NCBI RefSeq assembly: GCF_006345805.1
Contig: NC_043000.1
Coordinates: forward strand, 112,468,001 to 112,532,000
Source: Octopus sinensis
Taxonomy: Eukaryota
Direction: 5' to 3'
DNA: 64,000 bases
Shown in pieces: positions 36,501 to 48,874 of this stretch. The notes below the pieces were generated by a model. That model was not told the DNA's origin and ran no database searches. It was given only the letters and a program-made list of their open reading frames with translations. The position numbers and the translations under genes were made by a program. Numbering within the stretch: the stretch's first letter is position 1; the number at the start of each line of letters is the position of its first letter.

Positions 36501-38323
36501 CTGTCAGAGGAATGATAATGTGTTTATCATGAAGCGTTAATCACATATTATGATTAATTAAGTTTACTTTATGAATATTTATCGATTGGGTGAGTTTATA
36601 GAAGAGTTTGGTGAGTTCATTTGCTAAGAGGAGTGATTTAATTAATGAGTTAATTATATATCTAAACATTTGACTCTGTGTGTGTGTGTGTACTAGGGTT
36701 GTTTTATAGTATTTTCCATCTGTTGTGGACATGGATGATAATCCTTTAAATATTCTTTGCAAATGTGGATGTGAAAGTACATGACTTCATGGTTACGGCT
36801 GTTGCACTCTTGATCATAAGATTGTGGTTTCAATTCCTGGACTGAGCAGTGCATTGTGTTCTTGAGCAAAACACCTCATTTCATGTTGTCCTAGTCTACT
36901 CAGCTGTAAATAAGTTCCAACTGTAACGGGGAAGTTAGCTCTGCAACAGACTGGCATCCCGTTCCGAGTGGAGGATTCCTAATCTTGTTCACTCATTGAT
37001 GATGAAACCCAAGTCCCAGGGCTCATCACAGAGTTAAGTAAAATAAGATATGACCATATTAAAACTGGAGTGTGAGATGTTTAACAGGTTGGAGAAAGTG
37101 CTCCAGCATGGACTGTAGTCTAATGATGGAAAACAATAAAAACCATTTTGTTGTGGCAAAGGTTTTTTTCCCAGCTGGATGGCTTTACTATTGCTGGATC
37201 TCCACAGCTGAAACAGGAATTGAACCAGCCATGGCACTGTTACCTAGTGTTGCTTTGTGTAGGATAATAGCGGTACCTTTGGTGAGGTTTGAACCTGTAA
37301 TTATACTCTAGGGCTAATTATTTCGTTTTTCTTCTGGATAATAAAGGTCTTGCTCACTTGTCAGCAAAAGATGAATTAACGTTGCAAAACAACAGACAAT
37401 TCTGTGACCTTCAGTAGAACCATTCCAATCGAATTGAGTTGGAATTATCTTGGAGAATGGCCAGAGCCGTACAACCTCATATCTCCTCTTTGACAATCCT
37501 GACTTCATTCTTTAGGAATATGGTGTCAGGGAGTTTGTGCAGGGAATTTACTTATGGACAGTCTATGTTTATTGATGCAGCAATGGTCAGTGTCTGGGTT
37601 TCAATTCCCAGTTGTTCTTAGTTATATCTTATTTTCTTCCTTGGGAAATGAAACTGCTGTGAGTAAATTTGGTAGATGGAAACTTAGTGGAAGCCTTCTC
37701 CTGTGTGTGTGTGTGTGTGTGTTTGGTTTGTCCCCACCATTGCTTGACATGCTTTGACATCTGGTGTTGGTTTGTTTATATTCTCAACTTAGTGGTTCAG
37801 CAAAAAGAGACTGCTAGAATAAGTACCAGACTTAATAAAAATAAGTCCTGGTCTTTGACTAAAACCCTTTCAAGGTGTGTGTGTGTTTATATGTTGTGTG
37901 TGTATATGTATGTATGTGTTTATATATATATATATGTGTGTGTGTATATATATATATATATATTATATATATATATATTATATATATATATATAGGCAGA
38001 ATTCACAAAAAAAACAAGACAGGTGGTGTAGACAACAAACAGATGTATTAGTATAATGCTCGGGAAGTGAAAAAATCTATCATGGCGAATGCCAGACAGA
38101 AGGGTCACACAGGAGAGCTAGGAAGATGGGGAGATAATAAAGTAGTGGTGATCCCACTATACATATGTATGTGTGTATGTATGTATGTATATATATATAT
38201 ATATAGGTATGTATGTATGTATATATATATATAGGTATGTATGTGTGTATATATATATATGTATGTATATATCTGTATGTATGTATGTATATATCTGTAT
38301 GTATATGTATATATCTGTATGTA

Positions 38324-38371
<48 letters not shown>

Positions 38372-38996
38372 CATATGTATGTATGTATGTATGCATATGT
38401 ATGTATGTATGTATGCATATATGTGTATGTATGTATGTATGCATATATGTGTATGTATATCTGTAATATAATATGTGACAATTATTTGGTTGCCATAATA
38501 AAACTCTTGAGTTCTAGATGTTGGGGCAGAAATCTGCTCTGGTAACTGATGAGATGCCGGAGCAGATTTCCGCCCCTATATGGCAACTGAATAACTGTCA
38601 CATATTATATTACAGATAAATTCCTCTATTTACATAATATTGAGGTCTCGTTCATTCTTTTGTTATCATACTATTAATATACGTATATATATATATATAT
38701 ATATATGCGTATATTAATAGTATGATAACAAAAGAATGAACGAGACCTCAATATTATGTAAATAGAGGAATTTATCTGTAATATAATATGTGACAGTTAT
38801 TCAGTTGCCATATAGGGGCGGAAATCTGCTCCGGCATCTCATCAGTTACCAGAGCAGATTTCTGCCCCAACATCTAGAACTCAAGAGTTTTATTATGGCA
38901 ACCAAATAATTGTCACATATTATATATATATATATATATATACACATATATACACACATAATATATATATATATATATATACACATATATACACAC

Positions 38997-39046
<50 letters not shown>

Positions 39047-39705
39047 TACACATATATATATATTTTAATGCATTGAACAATTTTAACATGATGCAGTTGT
39101 ATATGTATGTATATTCATGCATATGCATACAGATAGGTATATGAACAAAATAAAGGGTCTCAGATTGTGTCATTCTGGCTGACGATTTGTATGAACCATC
39201 TGACTTGGATCTTCATTACTAAAAGTTCCACAGCTGCCAAAAATAAATGTCTGGCACTTTGTATGCAATAATATCGTGTGTTGAGAAAACCAAAACTTCT
39301 AAATAATTTTGTTTGATTGAACTTGATCATGCTGAATGAGCCCTATTCATTATTCAATGACAATCACTCTTATTTAGAAATTGTGGCTGCCCCAACATCC
39401 AGTATAAAAGCATCCGAATGATCAGACTCGGCTTTTTTGAAAGCTTTAGTTCTGAAATCTGAGTTGGGTTTTGACAGTGAACTTAGATATAACGCTGAGA
39501 GTTTGCATGCAATAGAAGCTTGTTTCTACGGCTACATACATGGACTAAAGTAGTGTAGTAGATTAAAATAACCATAGGACTAATATGTAGAAATAATTCA
39601 ACATTAAACGATTAGGAGCCATGAAGTAGAGAAAACAACTAAAAACATATTTATACACATACATGCACATGCGCATATATATATATGTGTGTGTGTCTAC
39701 ATATG

Positions 39706-39747
<42 letters not shown>

Positions 39748-42617
39748 CACGTGTGTGTGTATAGAATGTTCTTTCCTCTAATATAGTTTAACAATATTGC
39801 TAAATGTTTTGAGTTGTTTTGTTGTTCATGGTTTTTTTTGTGTTTGAAGCTCATCTTTGGAGATGAAAATTAAACATATTTTCACCTTTAAGGATGTGAA
39901 AAATCCCTACCTTTCAAAGTATTAACTCGTATCATAGCAGTAGCATCGGCATTAACTTGCAGACACCGTATGTCTGTGTGTGTGTCTGTTCTTCTACTGA
40001 CTGCGTTTGTAGAATATTCTTCTCATGTTGCCGTGCTCTGTGGCTTGTGTAGCGTAACGACTAGATCTGATGCGACATAAAAATCTGAGTGCATTGCTAC
40101 CGTTTGCTCCTGTAGTCCTCTTTCTGGAAGTTTGTTGAATATTAAGTTTTGAACAAATTAAAAAAAAAAAAAATCCACTTTGATAAAAAAAACAAAACAA
40201 AAAAATAAGGAACTTTTTTCCCCCCTAATTTTTTCTCCTTGCCCTGTTTCACTTGACCAGCCATGGCTCAATCCGGGGGTCTTTATATATAATATTTTTA
40301 TATTTTTCTTTTTAAATTATTGTGAACATTTATGAAACCTATTGAATTTATTAGAAAACAGTAATATATAAATTTGTTGTATTAATTTAATCCATTGTAT
40401 ATTTTAATTTTCTTCTTTGAATCACGGTTGTTGTCATTGTTGCAGCATTCTTGTCCAGCACTGCATGTCCATTTGTTAAATATGTGAACCTTAGAAACCT
40501 TTATATATATATTGTCGTATATTTAGCATGTTGTCGTGGAATGTTTATGATTATTAAGAGTTCTCTTTTTATTTGTCATTTTCATTTCTGAAAAGTCTTC
40601 AAGTCTAAAATTCTTACATGTTTTTGAAATGTGTCTGAGGATATTTAAGATGCCATACACTGTCTTCGTACAACGCTATTTAACTTGCTTCATCATTTTT
40701 AGTTTTTATTATTTAAAAAAAAATTTCATAAAATTTTATTTCTTTATCTTTCCATGTGTTGTTTTTCTTGAAAGATTTCCATAAAACAGTCTAAATTAAA
40801 TGAGGTTTTCAAATTAAATTTTCACATGCAATTTAGAATTTGGAGTGGATTTGAAATTTTATTGTGATATTCTGCTTTGATGACTTACCGAACAGTTCTT
40901 CAAGTGTGTCATTTAATTTATTGGCCAAATTGCTCATCACAAACTTGAGCTTTAAATGACACACATGCATAAACGAAGTTGAGAGAGAGGATATATATAC
41001 TTTATAGATATTAGTATGAAATTCTTATAAAATCAATAGATTTTTAATTAGTGAAATAATAGACTGTTGAAAATAGCTGAGATAAATCATTTTCCTTTCT
41101 CGATAAAATATTGACAGCTGTTGGCTTTTGTTAAAATTGTGTCATTTTGTCTAAGGCTCCATGTTGTTGTATTGATGTGTTTATTTTGAAGCTTTTCTCT
41201 GGAAATAAGTTCGTTTTGGTGTTTCATCTTCCCATTTTAGTAAATCTGTTAAATGTGTTTGTCAACAACATGAACTGCATGTCTGTATTGTAATTTCATT
41301 TGTTGATCCTACAAAAAAAAATTCTTATTTCTGTCTCTTTTAATGTCTATTTTACAATAACGTATTTAAGTTTCTTCATCTGTTTCATTTCTTTTACACA
41401 CTCCTTGGCGATGGTTGAGCCATTGGGGAAATTCAGTAGGTTTGCTTGACCTAAAAATAACAGGCAAATAGCCCTCAAACCAGACACCTACTGTCTTGAA
41501 AAAAACACATTGGACAATGTTGTCCCAGATGACCCTGTGGCTGTCTAAGTCTGGCCCCAGATGGAACCCCTTCTTTGATTGTAGTTCAACACTGACTTGG
41601 AACTAAACAACTTCGTGTTTGGAACAGTGTGTTGTTAGGCGATGTAAACTGATTCAATTCTGTGAAAGACCCCAAAGAATCAGGCAGCAAAAGGCTGATA
41701 ACACCATTTTGTTACCATATATCAAAATACACTGCCTCTTTCTAATTAATTTTGAAAATGGTGAGAAATTTTGTAAAATGTGGTGAGCTGGCAGAATTGT
41801 TAGCATGCTGGATGGAATAATGCCTAGTGGTATTTTGTCCGTTGCTATTTGCCTTTCATCCTTTTGGGGTCGATAAATTTTGTACCAGTGAAACATGGGG
41901 TCGATGTAATCGACTTAATCCCCTCCCCCAAGCTACCCTTGTGGCAAAAATTTGAAATTCTTAAGTTAGTGTTTGGAACATAACATGAAATATCAATGGA
42001 TGATTCTTATTTAATTTCCTTTAAAGCAGGAAGTTGGCATTGTGAAAGCAGTGGTTGTCTTGAGTGGATTGGCATTAAAAGAGTTAAAGTATTTAGTCAG
42101 TTTGTGTATCAGACCTACCATCCGAATACCACATAACCAAATATAGTTCCAGTAATGTTAAGTGTTCTTTGGCCAATGACATAATCTATAAATGGTCCAT
42201 AAAAATGCAATGGCAAGGATTTGTTCATAGAGAACTGACTGGAGTTTCACAAGGAGGACCATTTTTGGAAGTGAACATTGATAGTAAAGTTTGTTTTCCA
42301 AACTGATATGTATTGGGTCTTTCCTCCATTCCATTTGTTCAAGAGTTATTTCACTAGCACCACCTTCAAGGGAGTTTTTATGAAAGGACCCTCATAGTTA
42401 TGTCAAAAAAAAAAAGTTTCTTGGAGTGTCTTCTCATTCATCATGGTTTTTGCAAGATTAGAAATCAATCTCATCCTTTGAAATTTGTTTTAAATTATCT
42501 AAAAAGAAAAACAAAATTTATCAATTAATTACAAAGCCTTTCTCGATATCGAACATTCTACTTCAACCTACCCCTTGACATTTCTATTTTCAATTCTTGT
42601 TTAAGTTCAAGGAGTCT

Positions 42618-42648
<31 letters not shown>

Positions 42649-42649
42649 A

Positions 42650-42703
<54 letters not shown>

Positions 42704-44554
42704 CACACAAACAAACACACATGCACGCACACACACACACACACACACACAGTCTCTCTCTCAACGGTTTAGAAATAAACATTGTCCATTCTGTAACTTG
42801 ATCAGGTGTGTGATTTGATTTTTTCTGTATTTTTTGTATTGTGTTATTTAGGTTGTTGTTCTTGTCGTTGTTGTAATGTGGTCTCTTTAAGTTCATTTTT
42901 TCAAACACTCGTTATTTTAGGATGTCAAGACAAAGCTGTTCCCCAAATATCATTTTTCTGTAATATTTGAGAATTTAGTCGAAACCTTCACACATTTTTA
43001 GAATGTGTCTTTGATGGTGACAAACCTTAATTCTTGAAACGTGGGTCATGTTTTGGTGCAGAACTAAATATTTCTGACAAGTTAAGCTTCAAGTTGGGCT
43101 GATTGGGTTTCAATTCTTGGTTGAAATTGCTTCACTTATCTTGCTATTTATTCTCTTTAAACTTGAGGCGGTACATCTCAAAATTAAGTCATTAATTCTT
43201 AATTATTATATTTTTAAAAAAGAATTTTCTATTGTTCTAACATTAAATGATATAATTTAGATTCTCTTTTAAGCATTTTACAAAATATATATTAATTTTT
43301 CTTTTTTTTTTGCTGTTTTTGTTGTTTGATATTTTGATACTTTGGTTTCTGTTCTGTAAAGAATCTGTTCTTGAATTCCATTTTCTCTTCACTTTTTCAG
43401 GTCAACAGTTTATGTTGCATTCCCCAACACCACCAACACAGCCTTACATGTCGCCAGTCATGTCACCATACCCTACCCCTCCACCTCACTCTGTCGGTAT
43501 AGCCCACCACCTACCAAACACGTACACCACATCGGTCGGCCAACCAATTCCGACGGCGACTCCCTACAGTGGTCTTCCAGGACATCCGAAGCCCGAACTC
43601 GCAGGTGTACATCCAAGTATGGCTAATGCTGTGATAACATCGGCAGCGGGGGGTGCTTTTTCGCTACACGGTAACCAAACCAGGACTCAAGAGGAACCAT
43701 TACCTTCTGGGTACGCACCTCACCCTCATGCTGCGTCCTCTTCAGGATATGTACCATATTTAAATAGTAGTAATAATATTAACACGAGTAGTAATATTAC
43801 CAATAATGTTAACACAAATAATACTGTCACCAGCTCTGGGGTAACAAGTTGGCATTCCCCATCAGGTAGTCCCAGTCGACAGAGTTTGAAAAGCAATCAG
43901 AGCAGTCACCATGGGTCCCCTAGCAGCAGCATCAGCAGCAGTCCTCCGCATCGACCAAGTAAACAGCCTCCACCTCCTACCACGTCTTCGGCCGATGTAC
44001 CCAGTCAGTCTGAAGAGGCACCCACAGCGACTGCTGAAACAGACACTAGCGAGGAGCCGACGTCTTCTGCCAATGAAGGATTCTTTGTGTCATTTGGTAA
44101 CGAACAGCCGCGTCGTCCCAAGCCGAAACTTACCAAACGAGAGAAGAAAGAAGAGAAGAAGGACGAGAAGTTACCCGTTCCACCGGTTTCCAAGGAGACC
44201 GCTGAGGCGGCCACTCCTCCCAAATTACCGTCACCATCGAAGCCTCTTCCTCCACCCACTGCACCTCCTCCAGTTGTAGAAGAGGAAGATGTACCAGCAG
44301 CTCCAGCTGTTGCATTTGTTTTAGAAGAACCGGAAGAATGTGTAGGTTTTCCTCTACTTTTGAAAATTTGCTTATATTCTGTGATTTCTAAAAGAGTTTT
44401 GCTAATGTATTCACTCTTTTATGTAAATATGCACCAAATATGTGTGTGTGTGTGTGAGTATGTAAGGATTTTCTTATTTAATCCTTGGTATTTATATCAT
44501 CAGAAGTTACTATACTAGACACCCTGTATATGTTTTTTTAAGTACATATATTTT

Positions 44555-44591
<37 letters not shown>

Positions 44592-45133
44592 AGGAAATTA
44601 ATATCCAAACTCATCATAAAGATATACTCATGTGAAAATACTTATTGTATTAAAAATATGTATAAATAAATAAATATAAATAAAAATATATGTAAATATG
44701 TATAAATAAATTTGATAGTTATATTATTAAAAATATATGTATATATCGCTCATATTAAATATATAAATACTTTAATAGTATTAATATTTTGAAACAATTG
44801 AGCACTCAATACAAATTCAGTACATAATATTCTTATTGAATATATTTACCTAAAGATTTATGTCTCTTTAAGTATAATAAGACAAGGAGGAAAAGTACTT
44901 GGTACAAAGGTAGAATACTCCTTACTCTTTTACTCTTTTACTTGTTTCAGTCATTTGACTGCGGCCATGCTGGAGCACCGCCTTTAGTCGAGGAAATCGA
45001 CCCCGGGACTTATTCTTTGTAAGCCCAGTACTTATTCTATCGGTCTCTTTTGCCGAACCGCTAAGTGACGGGGACGTAAACACACCAGCATCGGTTGTCA
45101 AGCAATGCTAGGGAGACAAACACACACACACAC

Positions 45134-45187
<54 letters not shown>

Positions 45188-47958
45188 CATATATACGACA
45201 GGCTTCTTTCAGTTTCCGTCTACCAAATCCACTCACAAGGCATTGGTCGGCCCGGGGCTATAGCAGAAGACACTTGCCCAAGGTGCCACGCAGTGGGACT
45301 GAACCCGGAACCATTTGGTTGGTTAGCAAGCTACTTACCACACAGCCACTCCTGCGCCTATGTTATTTTATGATTGTAAAATCTGACATTTTGTTACTTA
45401 AATTTTATGTTGCTGATCCCCAGATGTAATATGGAGGTACCATTTCATATTTGGGGCTGACCATACAGGAACATGCTCTAATTAGTTAAATACTCTATTA
45501 AAATTGCGTTTGTATTAGTTCAAGGCAGCGAGCTGGCAGAAACGTTAGCACGCCGGGCGAAATGCTCAGCGGTATTTCGTCTGCTGTTACGTTCTGAGTT
45601 CAAATTCCACCGAGGTCGACTTTGCCTTTCATCCTTTCGGGGGTCGATTAAATAAGTACCAGTTACGCACTGGAGTCGATATAATCGACTTAATCCGTTT
45701 GTCCTTGTTTGCCCCCTCTGTGTGTAGCCCCTTGTGGGCAGTAAAGAAATGTGTATTAGTTCAAGTGGTGAATTGGTTAGTCATTGGTGTTGAACAGAAT
45801 GCCTTGTGGTATCTTTTCTGACTCCCTGGGCTATGAGTTCAATCCCCATTCATCCTTTTATGTTGACAAAGTACCAGTTTAGGACGATGGGTTATCGGAT
45901 TTGTTAGTTGATCAGGTGAGATGCCTAGCAGTATCTATTTCGACTCTTTGCTGTTGTCTCACTCTGGGCATGAACCCTCCACCTCAACAACAAATGATGA
46001 TTATTGCAGTGGTGTCCACAATATCCAACGTGTTTACTCTCCCAGTGGGGCATTTGTCAAACTTGCAAGGTGGATTCTTGGGCAGCGGGCAGAAGTGTTA
46101 CTTTACCTGCTGGAATGTTAGGGCCAACACTCGGATGTAGTCAGCGTTTGCGAGTTGATGTGGTGAACTCATAGGTTGGGGCTGGCTCAACCCAGCCAAG
46201 GTAAACGCCTCTGCAAGTACAAGACAGCATTGTCTGCTGACGATACTGGTTCCAAGCCGTATTGGGCGAATCTGCAGCTTTTCTCTTTGGAAATATTGGT
46301 GGTATGGAGAGAGGAGACTTGTAATGAAGGGCAATATTCAGTGTTCTTCAAAAGATCTGTCCATGATTGCACACGTGTAGCTGCACAACCAGTTGTGACC
46401 AGTGGAGGCCCTGCATTAGTGTGTGTGTGTGTGTGTGTGTGTGTATAGAGAGAGAAAGAGAGATTCTGTAAGCACCACAGGTTTCCTGAGAATATGACTC
46501 TAAGAGTGAGAACATAGGTAAGTTGGGTTTTTTTTGTTTTTTTGTCGAAGACTAGCATTTGACTCTGCATGTCTTTGTTCCCTTTCCATAACACTGAGGT
46601 TTCTCATCCTTTCTGATCCTCTACCAATTCCTACGATTCTCCATCCTCAATTGGTACTTGGTAGCTCTATTTATTGACCTTGGAAAGGGTGAAAGTCAAA
46701 GTTGATTTCACTGAGTCTCCCTCTTCCTTCCTTTCTTTCTCTCAATTGTGTGTGTGTGTGTGTGTGTGGATTCATTCAGAGTGCATAATGGATCGTAGGT
46801 CTATAAGCGTGTGACAGTTGTTTGTAACACATCTGATTGCAGCTTGATGAAGATGAGATGGCGGTGAGGAGAAAGCGAATGTTGAAACAGCAACAGAAGA
46901 GACGAGAAGAACAGGAATTACGTCGACAGCAGAAAGAAGAAGCGTTTGCTAAGAAGAGAGCACAAGAGATGTAAAATAATTTTTGGTTCCTTCTTTTGCC
47001 ATAACAATGTCCCTGCACATAGCCCTTGTATTCTTTCTTTGCTTCAGTGATGTATAATGATAAATATTTGATGACTTGTCCAACCCACATGCGGACGATC
47101 AGTGTAATCCTTACGTACTAGTAATAACTATTTCATGGTCAGTCTGATTCACTCATTTAAGCAGTAAAGGTTTCTTCACCAGCAGGTCTGTGGAGTCGGA
47201 GTCATAGAGTCAGTCGGAAACAATTAAGTGGTAGCTGGAGTCGGTGTCGGTAAAACTATATTGACTCTAATTCCGACTCGCAATATCTTTATTCTTTAAT
47301 ATAAGCCAGTTATAACATATAGGCTGACTCAAAGTACAAGCGTATGCATATGCTTTATGAGATATCCAGACCACAATTGCTTAATTACATAGCGGAGTCG
47401 GAGTTTTTTGTTTTGACTCCACAGCCGGTACTGGCATCGACCATGCTTGAATGGTGCTTTTTATGTGCCACTGGATATTAGATATAAGAAGGCTAAGACA
47501 CTTGATGGGGATTCTAATTAGCCACTGGGCTTACATATTTAAATTTAGTCTTTTTTAAAGTCATTTACGTATAATTATGTTAAATTTGAATTTTTTATTA
47601 TTTTTTTTAAATCTAGTATTTGAGTTATTTTCTTTTTATTCATAAACTAAATTTAATTCTAGGTTGAAGAAGGAAGAAATAGCTCAGAGGAAAGAGCAAG
47701 AAAAGGCGCGCAGGCAGATGATTCTGCAACAATATAAGGAACGGAAGAGAAAGGAGGAAGACGACGAAAAGAATCCACCAACTGATCGTTACGAGCGTCC
47801 AGCTCGGAATCCCAAACCACGTCCAAAGAGCATGATAGTGCGTTCATCGAAACCTCCCGAGGTTGGTGAAGATGATGCTAGTAGTATTCATTCGACAAGT
47901 TCACAGGAAGACATTGCAGGGCGAGGATTCAGCAGTCCTACTAGTTCAAACAGTAACT
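14225..47958 (+). CDS. CAMSAP: CAMSAP/Patronin-family microtubule minus-end binding protein, partial multi-exon CDS (11 confident exons; start and CKK domain outside window)
   Basis: Exons join in frame with GT-AG sites (phases 0-2-0-1-1-2-1-2-1-0-2-1). Recognised family motifs: [55 protein letters not shown] (CH region), [24 protein letters not shown]...[10 protein letters not shown] (CC1), [23 protein letters not shown] (CC2), [12 protein letters not shown]...[14 protein letters not shown] (CC3), PKPRPKS. Confidence 0.93.
14930..15260 (+). mobile_element. tRNA-derived SINE, family D (degenerate)
   Basis: Body caaagggccagccttgtcacactctgtgtca...gctgaatctc is shared with 48875-49255. Confidence 0.65.
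15537..15687 (+). CDS. CAMSAP: CAMSAP exon (CFTNLDV...[11 protein letters not shown]...GQKF)
   Basis: Long pyrimidine tract and tttcag acceptor, gtgagt donor, 151 nt, phase 2 to 0. Confidence 0.92.
15958..16156. repeat. 32-bp inverted repeat (31/32 matched) with a 135-nt spacer
   Basis: 15958-15989 gcgatctttcggtacaagtaccataactgcca versus 16125-16156 tggcatttatggtacttgtaccgaaagatcgc. Confidence 0.95.
17394..17499 (+). CDS. CAMSAP: CAMSAP CH-domain exon ([35 protein letters not shown])
   Basis: tttgcag acceptor, gtaagg donor, 106 nt, phase 0 to 1. Contains the DG-x-x-L-x-x-L-I-x-F-Y-C CH motif. Confidence 0.9.
17627..17845 (+). mobile_element. piggyBac-type MITE, family 1
   Basis: TTAA at 17627-17630 and 17842-17845; CCCTTT terminal inverted repeats. 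Confidence 0.85.
18196..18473 (+). mobile_element. VNTR-SINE, 2 units
   Basis: Family core and (gat)n tail. Confidence 0.8.
18725..18960 (+). mobile_element. SINE family C
   Basis: Colinear with 5672-5905. Confidence 0.8.
19597..19787 (-). mobile_element. VNTR-SINE 3' part
   Basis: Reverse-complement tail and core. Confidence 0.75.
19914..20119. mobile_element. Tc1/mariner-type MITE
   Basis: 24-bp TIRs cagggtggcccaaaagtaggttta / taaacctacttttgggccaccctg; TA follows the right end. Confidence 0.8.
20534..20770 (+). CDS. CAMSAP: CAMSAP CH-domain exon ([24 protein letters not shown]...LAELFNKFE)
   Basis: ttttgcag acceptor, gtaagt donor, 237 nt, phase 1 to 1. Confidence 0.93.
22271..22397 (+). 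CDS. CAMSAP: CAMSAP exon ([11 protein letters not shown])
   Basis: ttttag acceptor, gtaagt donor, 127 nt, phase 1 to 2. PISNxTKxSF is a family motif. Confidence 0.88.
22575..22905 (+). mobile_element. Possible non-autonomous Helitron-like fragment
   Basis: 5' tctagt..atataaa..gtatgtgtgtgt and caaccgattttcaccaaacttt motif. Recalled resemblance only. Confidence 0.3.
23922..23977 (+). CDS. CAMSAP: CAMSAP small exon ([18 protein letters not shown])
   Basis: ctctcctcttttgtag acceptor, gtaaga donor, 56 nt. Supplies exactly the phase 2 to 1 bridge needed between the flanking exons. Not in the ORF track. Confidence 0.78.
24614..25307 (+). mobile_element. Cluster of three piggyBac-type MITEs (24614-24841, 24865-25092, 25093-25307)
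   Basis: Two family-1 copies with TTAA TSDs, then a family-2 copy ending gctaagggttaa. Confidence 0.8.
25459..27544 (+). CDS. CAMSAP: CAMSAP giant exon (disordered region, CC1, tandem peptide repeats, start of CC2)
   Basis: ttctgttccag acceptor, gtttgt donor, 2086 nt open frame (ORF 25500..27653). Confidence 0.93.
26982..27281 (+). repeat. Coding tandem repeat: 6 x 36 nt (R[RQ]EP[VM]RHEAVP[IML]) followed by 4 x 21 nt (RHEALPI)
   Basis: Read directly from the DNA and its translation. The first three 21-mers are identical (cggcacgaagcccttccaatt). Confidence 0.97.
27957..28458. mobile_element. Mariner-derived foldback element
   Basis: Arms 27957-28160 and 28210-28415 are reverse complements. 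Minus-strand peptide [24 protein letters not shown]...WLKEQ...[13 protein letters not shown] is a mariner transposase C-terminus. Right end is ...gactcaccctcgTA. Confidence 0.85.
28687..29105 (+). CDS. CAMSAP: CAMSAP exon (rest of CC2, Pro/Gln/Tyr-rich segment)
   Basis: gagcag acceptor, gtttgt donor, 419 nt, phase 2 to 1. Confidence 0.9.
30231..30745 (-). mobile_element. VNTR-SINE with a duplicated two-unit block
   Basis: gtaaggcga[tc]gctggtaa[tc]gatcacgctcgaatggtgcctttt occurs at about 30478 and about 30616. Confidence 0.85.
31330..31520 (-). mobile_element. Penelope-like terminal repeat with a near-intact hammerhead core at 31403-31448
   Basis: Minus strand reads gacac-CTGATGA-a-ggctg-gagggtatat-cagcc-GAAA-t-GTT-gtgtt. 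Confidence 0.7.
35730..36286 (+). mobile_element. piggyBac-type MITE (family 2) interrupted by a SINE
   Basis: Degenerate left end tgaaccatttagcat; right end gaaagggttaa; similar to 25093-25307. Confidence 0.65.
35830..36143 (+). mobile_element. Young tRNA-derived SINE with a 14-bp TSD
   Basis: A box tggcttagtgg, B box ggttcgaatc, A-rich tail; TSD acctaccctgcagt at 35816-35829 and 36144-36157. Confidence 0.92.
37880..38460. repeat. Compound (TA)n/(TATG)n microsatellites around a 165-bp repeat fragment (37995-38160)
   Basis: Directly visible; source of the spurious Y/I/H/T and V/C/M ORFs. Confidence 0.9.
38466..38925. repeat. 460-bp near-perfect spacerless palindrome
   Basis: Arms are reverse-complement identical on manual comparison apart from 38684/38707; centre is (AT)11. 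Confidence 0.95.
42606..42752. repeat. (CA)n microsatellite with CAAA interruptions
   Basis: Directly visible. Confidence 0.95.
43401..44341 (+). CDS. CAMSAP: CAMSAP exon (Pro/Ser/Asn-rich; EGFFVSFG...RRPKPKL)
   Basis: tttttcag acceptor, gtaggt donor, 941 nt, phase 1 to 0. Follows a 14.3-kb intron. Confidence 0.9.
44925..45355 (-). mobile_element. SINE family B, full length, CpG-rich (young)
   Basis: Reverse complement of the 2679 and 4789 copies. Confidence 0.88.
45523..45752 (+). mobile_element. SINE family C
   Basis: Colinear with 18725-18960. Confidence 0.85.
46843..46970 (+). CDS. CAMSAP: CAMSAP CC3 exon ([24 protein letters not shown]...)
   Basis: gattgcag acceptor, gtaaaa donor, 128 nt, phase 0 to 2. 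Confidence 0.88.
47663..47958 (+). CDS. CAMSAP: CAMSAP CC3/basic exon ([19 protein letters not shown]...PKPRPKS)
   Basis: aattctag acceptor, gtaagt donor, 296 nt, phase 2 to 1. Confidence 0.92.
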
Positions 47959-48874
47959 GTAAGTAACAGTTCATACCTTAACTTATTAATTAATTAACTA
48001 ATTATATTCTTTTGGACTTATATTTTCTCTAATATTTCAGTTGTGTTTTTTGCTTTATAATTAAAAAAAAAAAATGACAGTTTTTCAGTTTTCCTCTGAG
48101 CTTTAAGTGTTAATGACTCTTAATTTGACTAAACTACCATCTCTAATGGTTACACTGTGTAACTCTTATCAAGTTAGTATTATTAGAATAATTTAAAAGC
48201 ATCACCCGAGTTTTAAGGCTTTTTTGGAGATTTCAGGGTAAATTCGTTTATCATAGATGTTGTATTTTCGTTTTGACAATTTGCATTGCTAATTAAACTT
48301 TAAATTTTACTGTGATTTGCACATGGAGTAATATGGGTTCCATAATCAAGTTCTAATTCTTTATAAATGTATGTGTGTGAGATATCATCATTTAATATCC
48401 ATTTTCTGTGCTGTCATGGGTTGGATGGTTTATTAGGATCCCCTGGGTCCAAGGACTGCATCAAGTATCGATCGATATCTGCTTTGGTATGGTTCCTATG
48501 GTCAGATGCCCTTCCTAACACCAACCACTTTACAGTGAGTATTGGGTGCTTTTCTTGTGCCGATGGCACTTGAGAGTCTATTGTGCAGCTTGCATGATCA
48601 CAGAATGTAAAAGGAGGGATGTGACTACTCAGATTTAGGAGAGAGTGTGTATATATGCAAACACATGCATACACACAAGTGTTAAATAGTTATTGTCACA
48701 TCTGCACCATGATTTCACTCGTGTGCAGGTATTTAGATGTAGTGATGGCATCTAGAAAGACCCTACTTAAGAGTGTCTAGAAAAGCCCTATCTTGGACAC
48801 GAACCGGAAACCATGCTTTGGGTGTAACCACTTACTAAACACGCACAAGACACCACTCATGTATATATTGATTA

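Noticed and set aside
37920-39173. Many ORF-track ORFs (Y/I/H/T and V/C/M rich), also 42558-42908 and 59216-60010
   Set aside because: Translations of dinucleotide and tetranucleotide microsatellites.
39963-39967. 5-nt AG-acacc-GTATGT microexon
   Set aside because: Frameshifting alone, and no supported partner exon.
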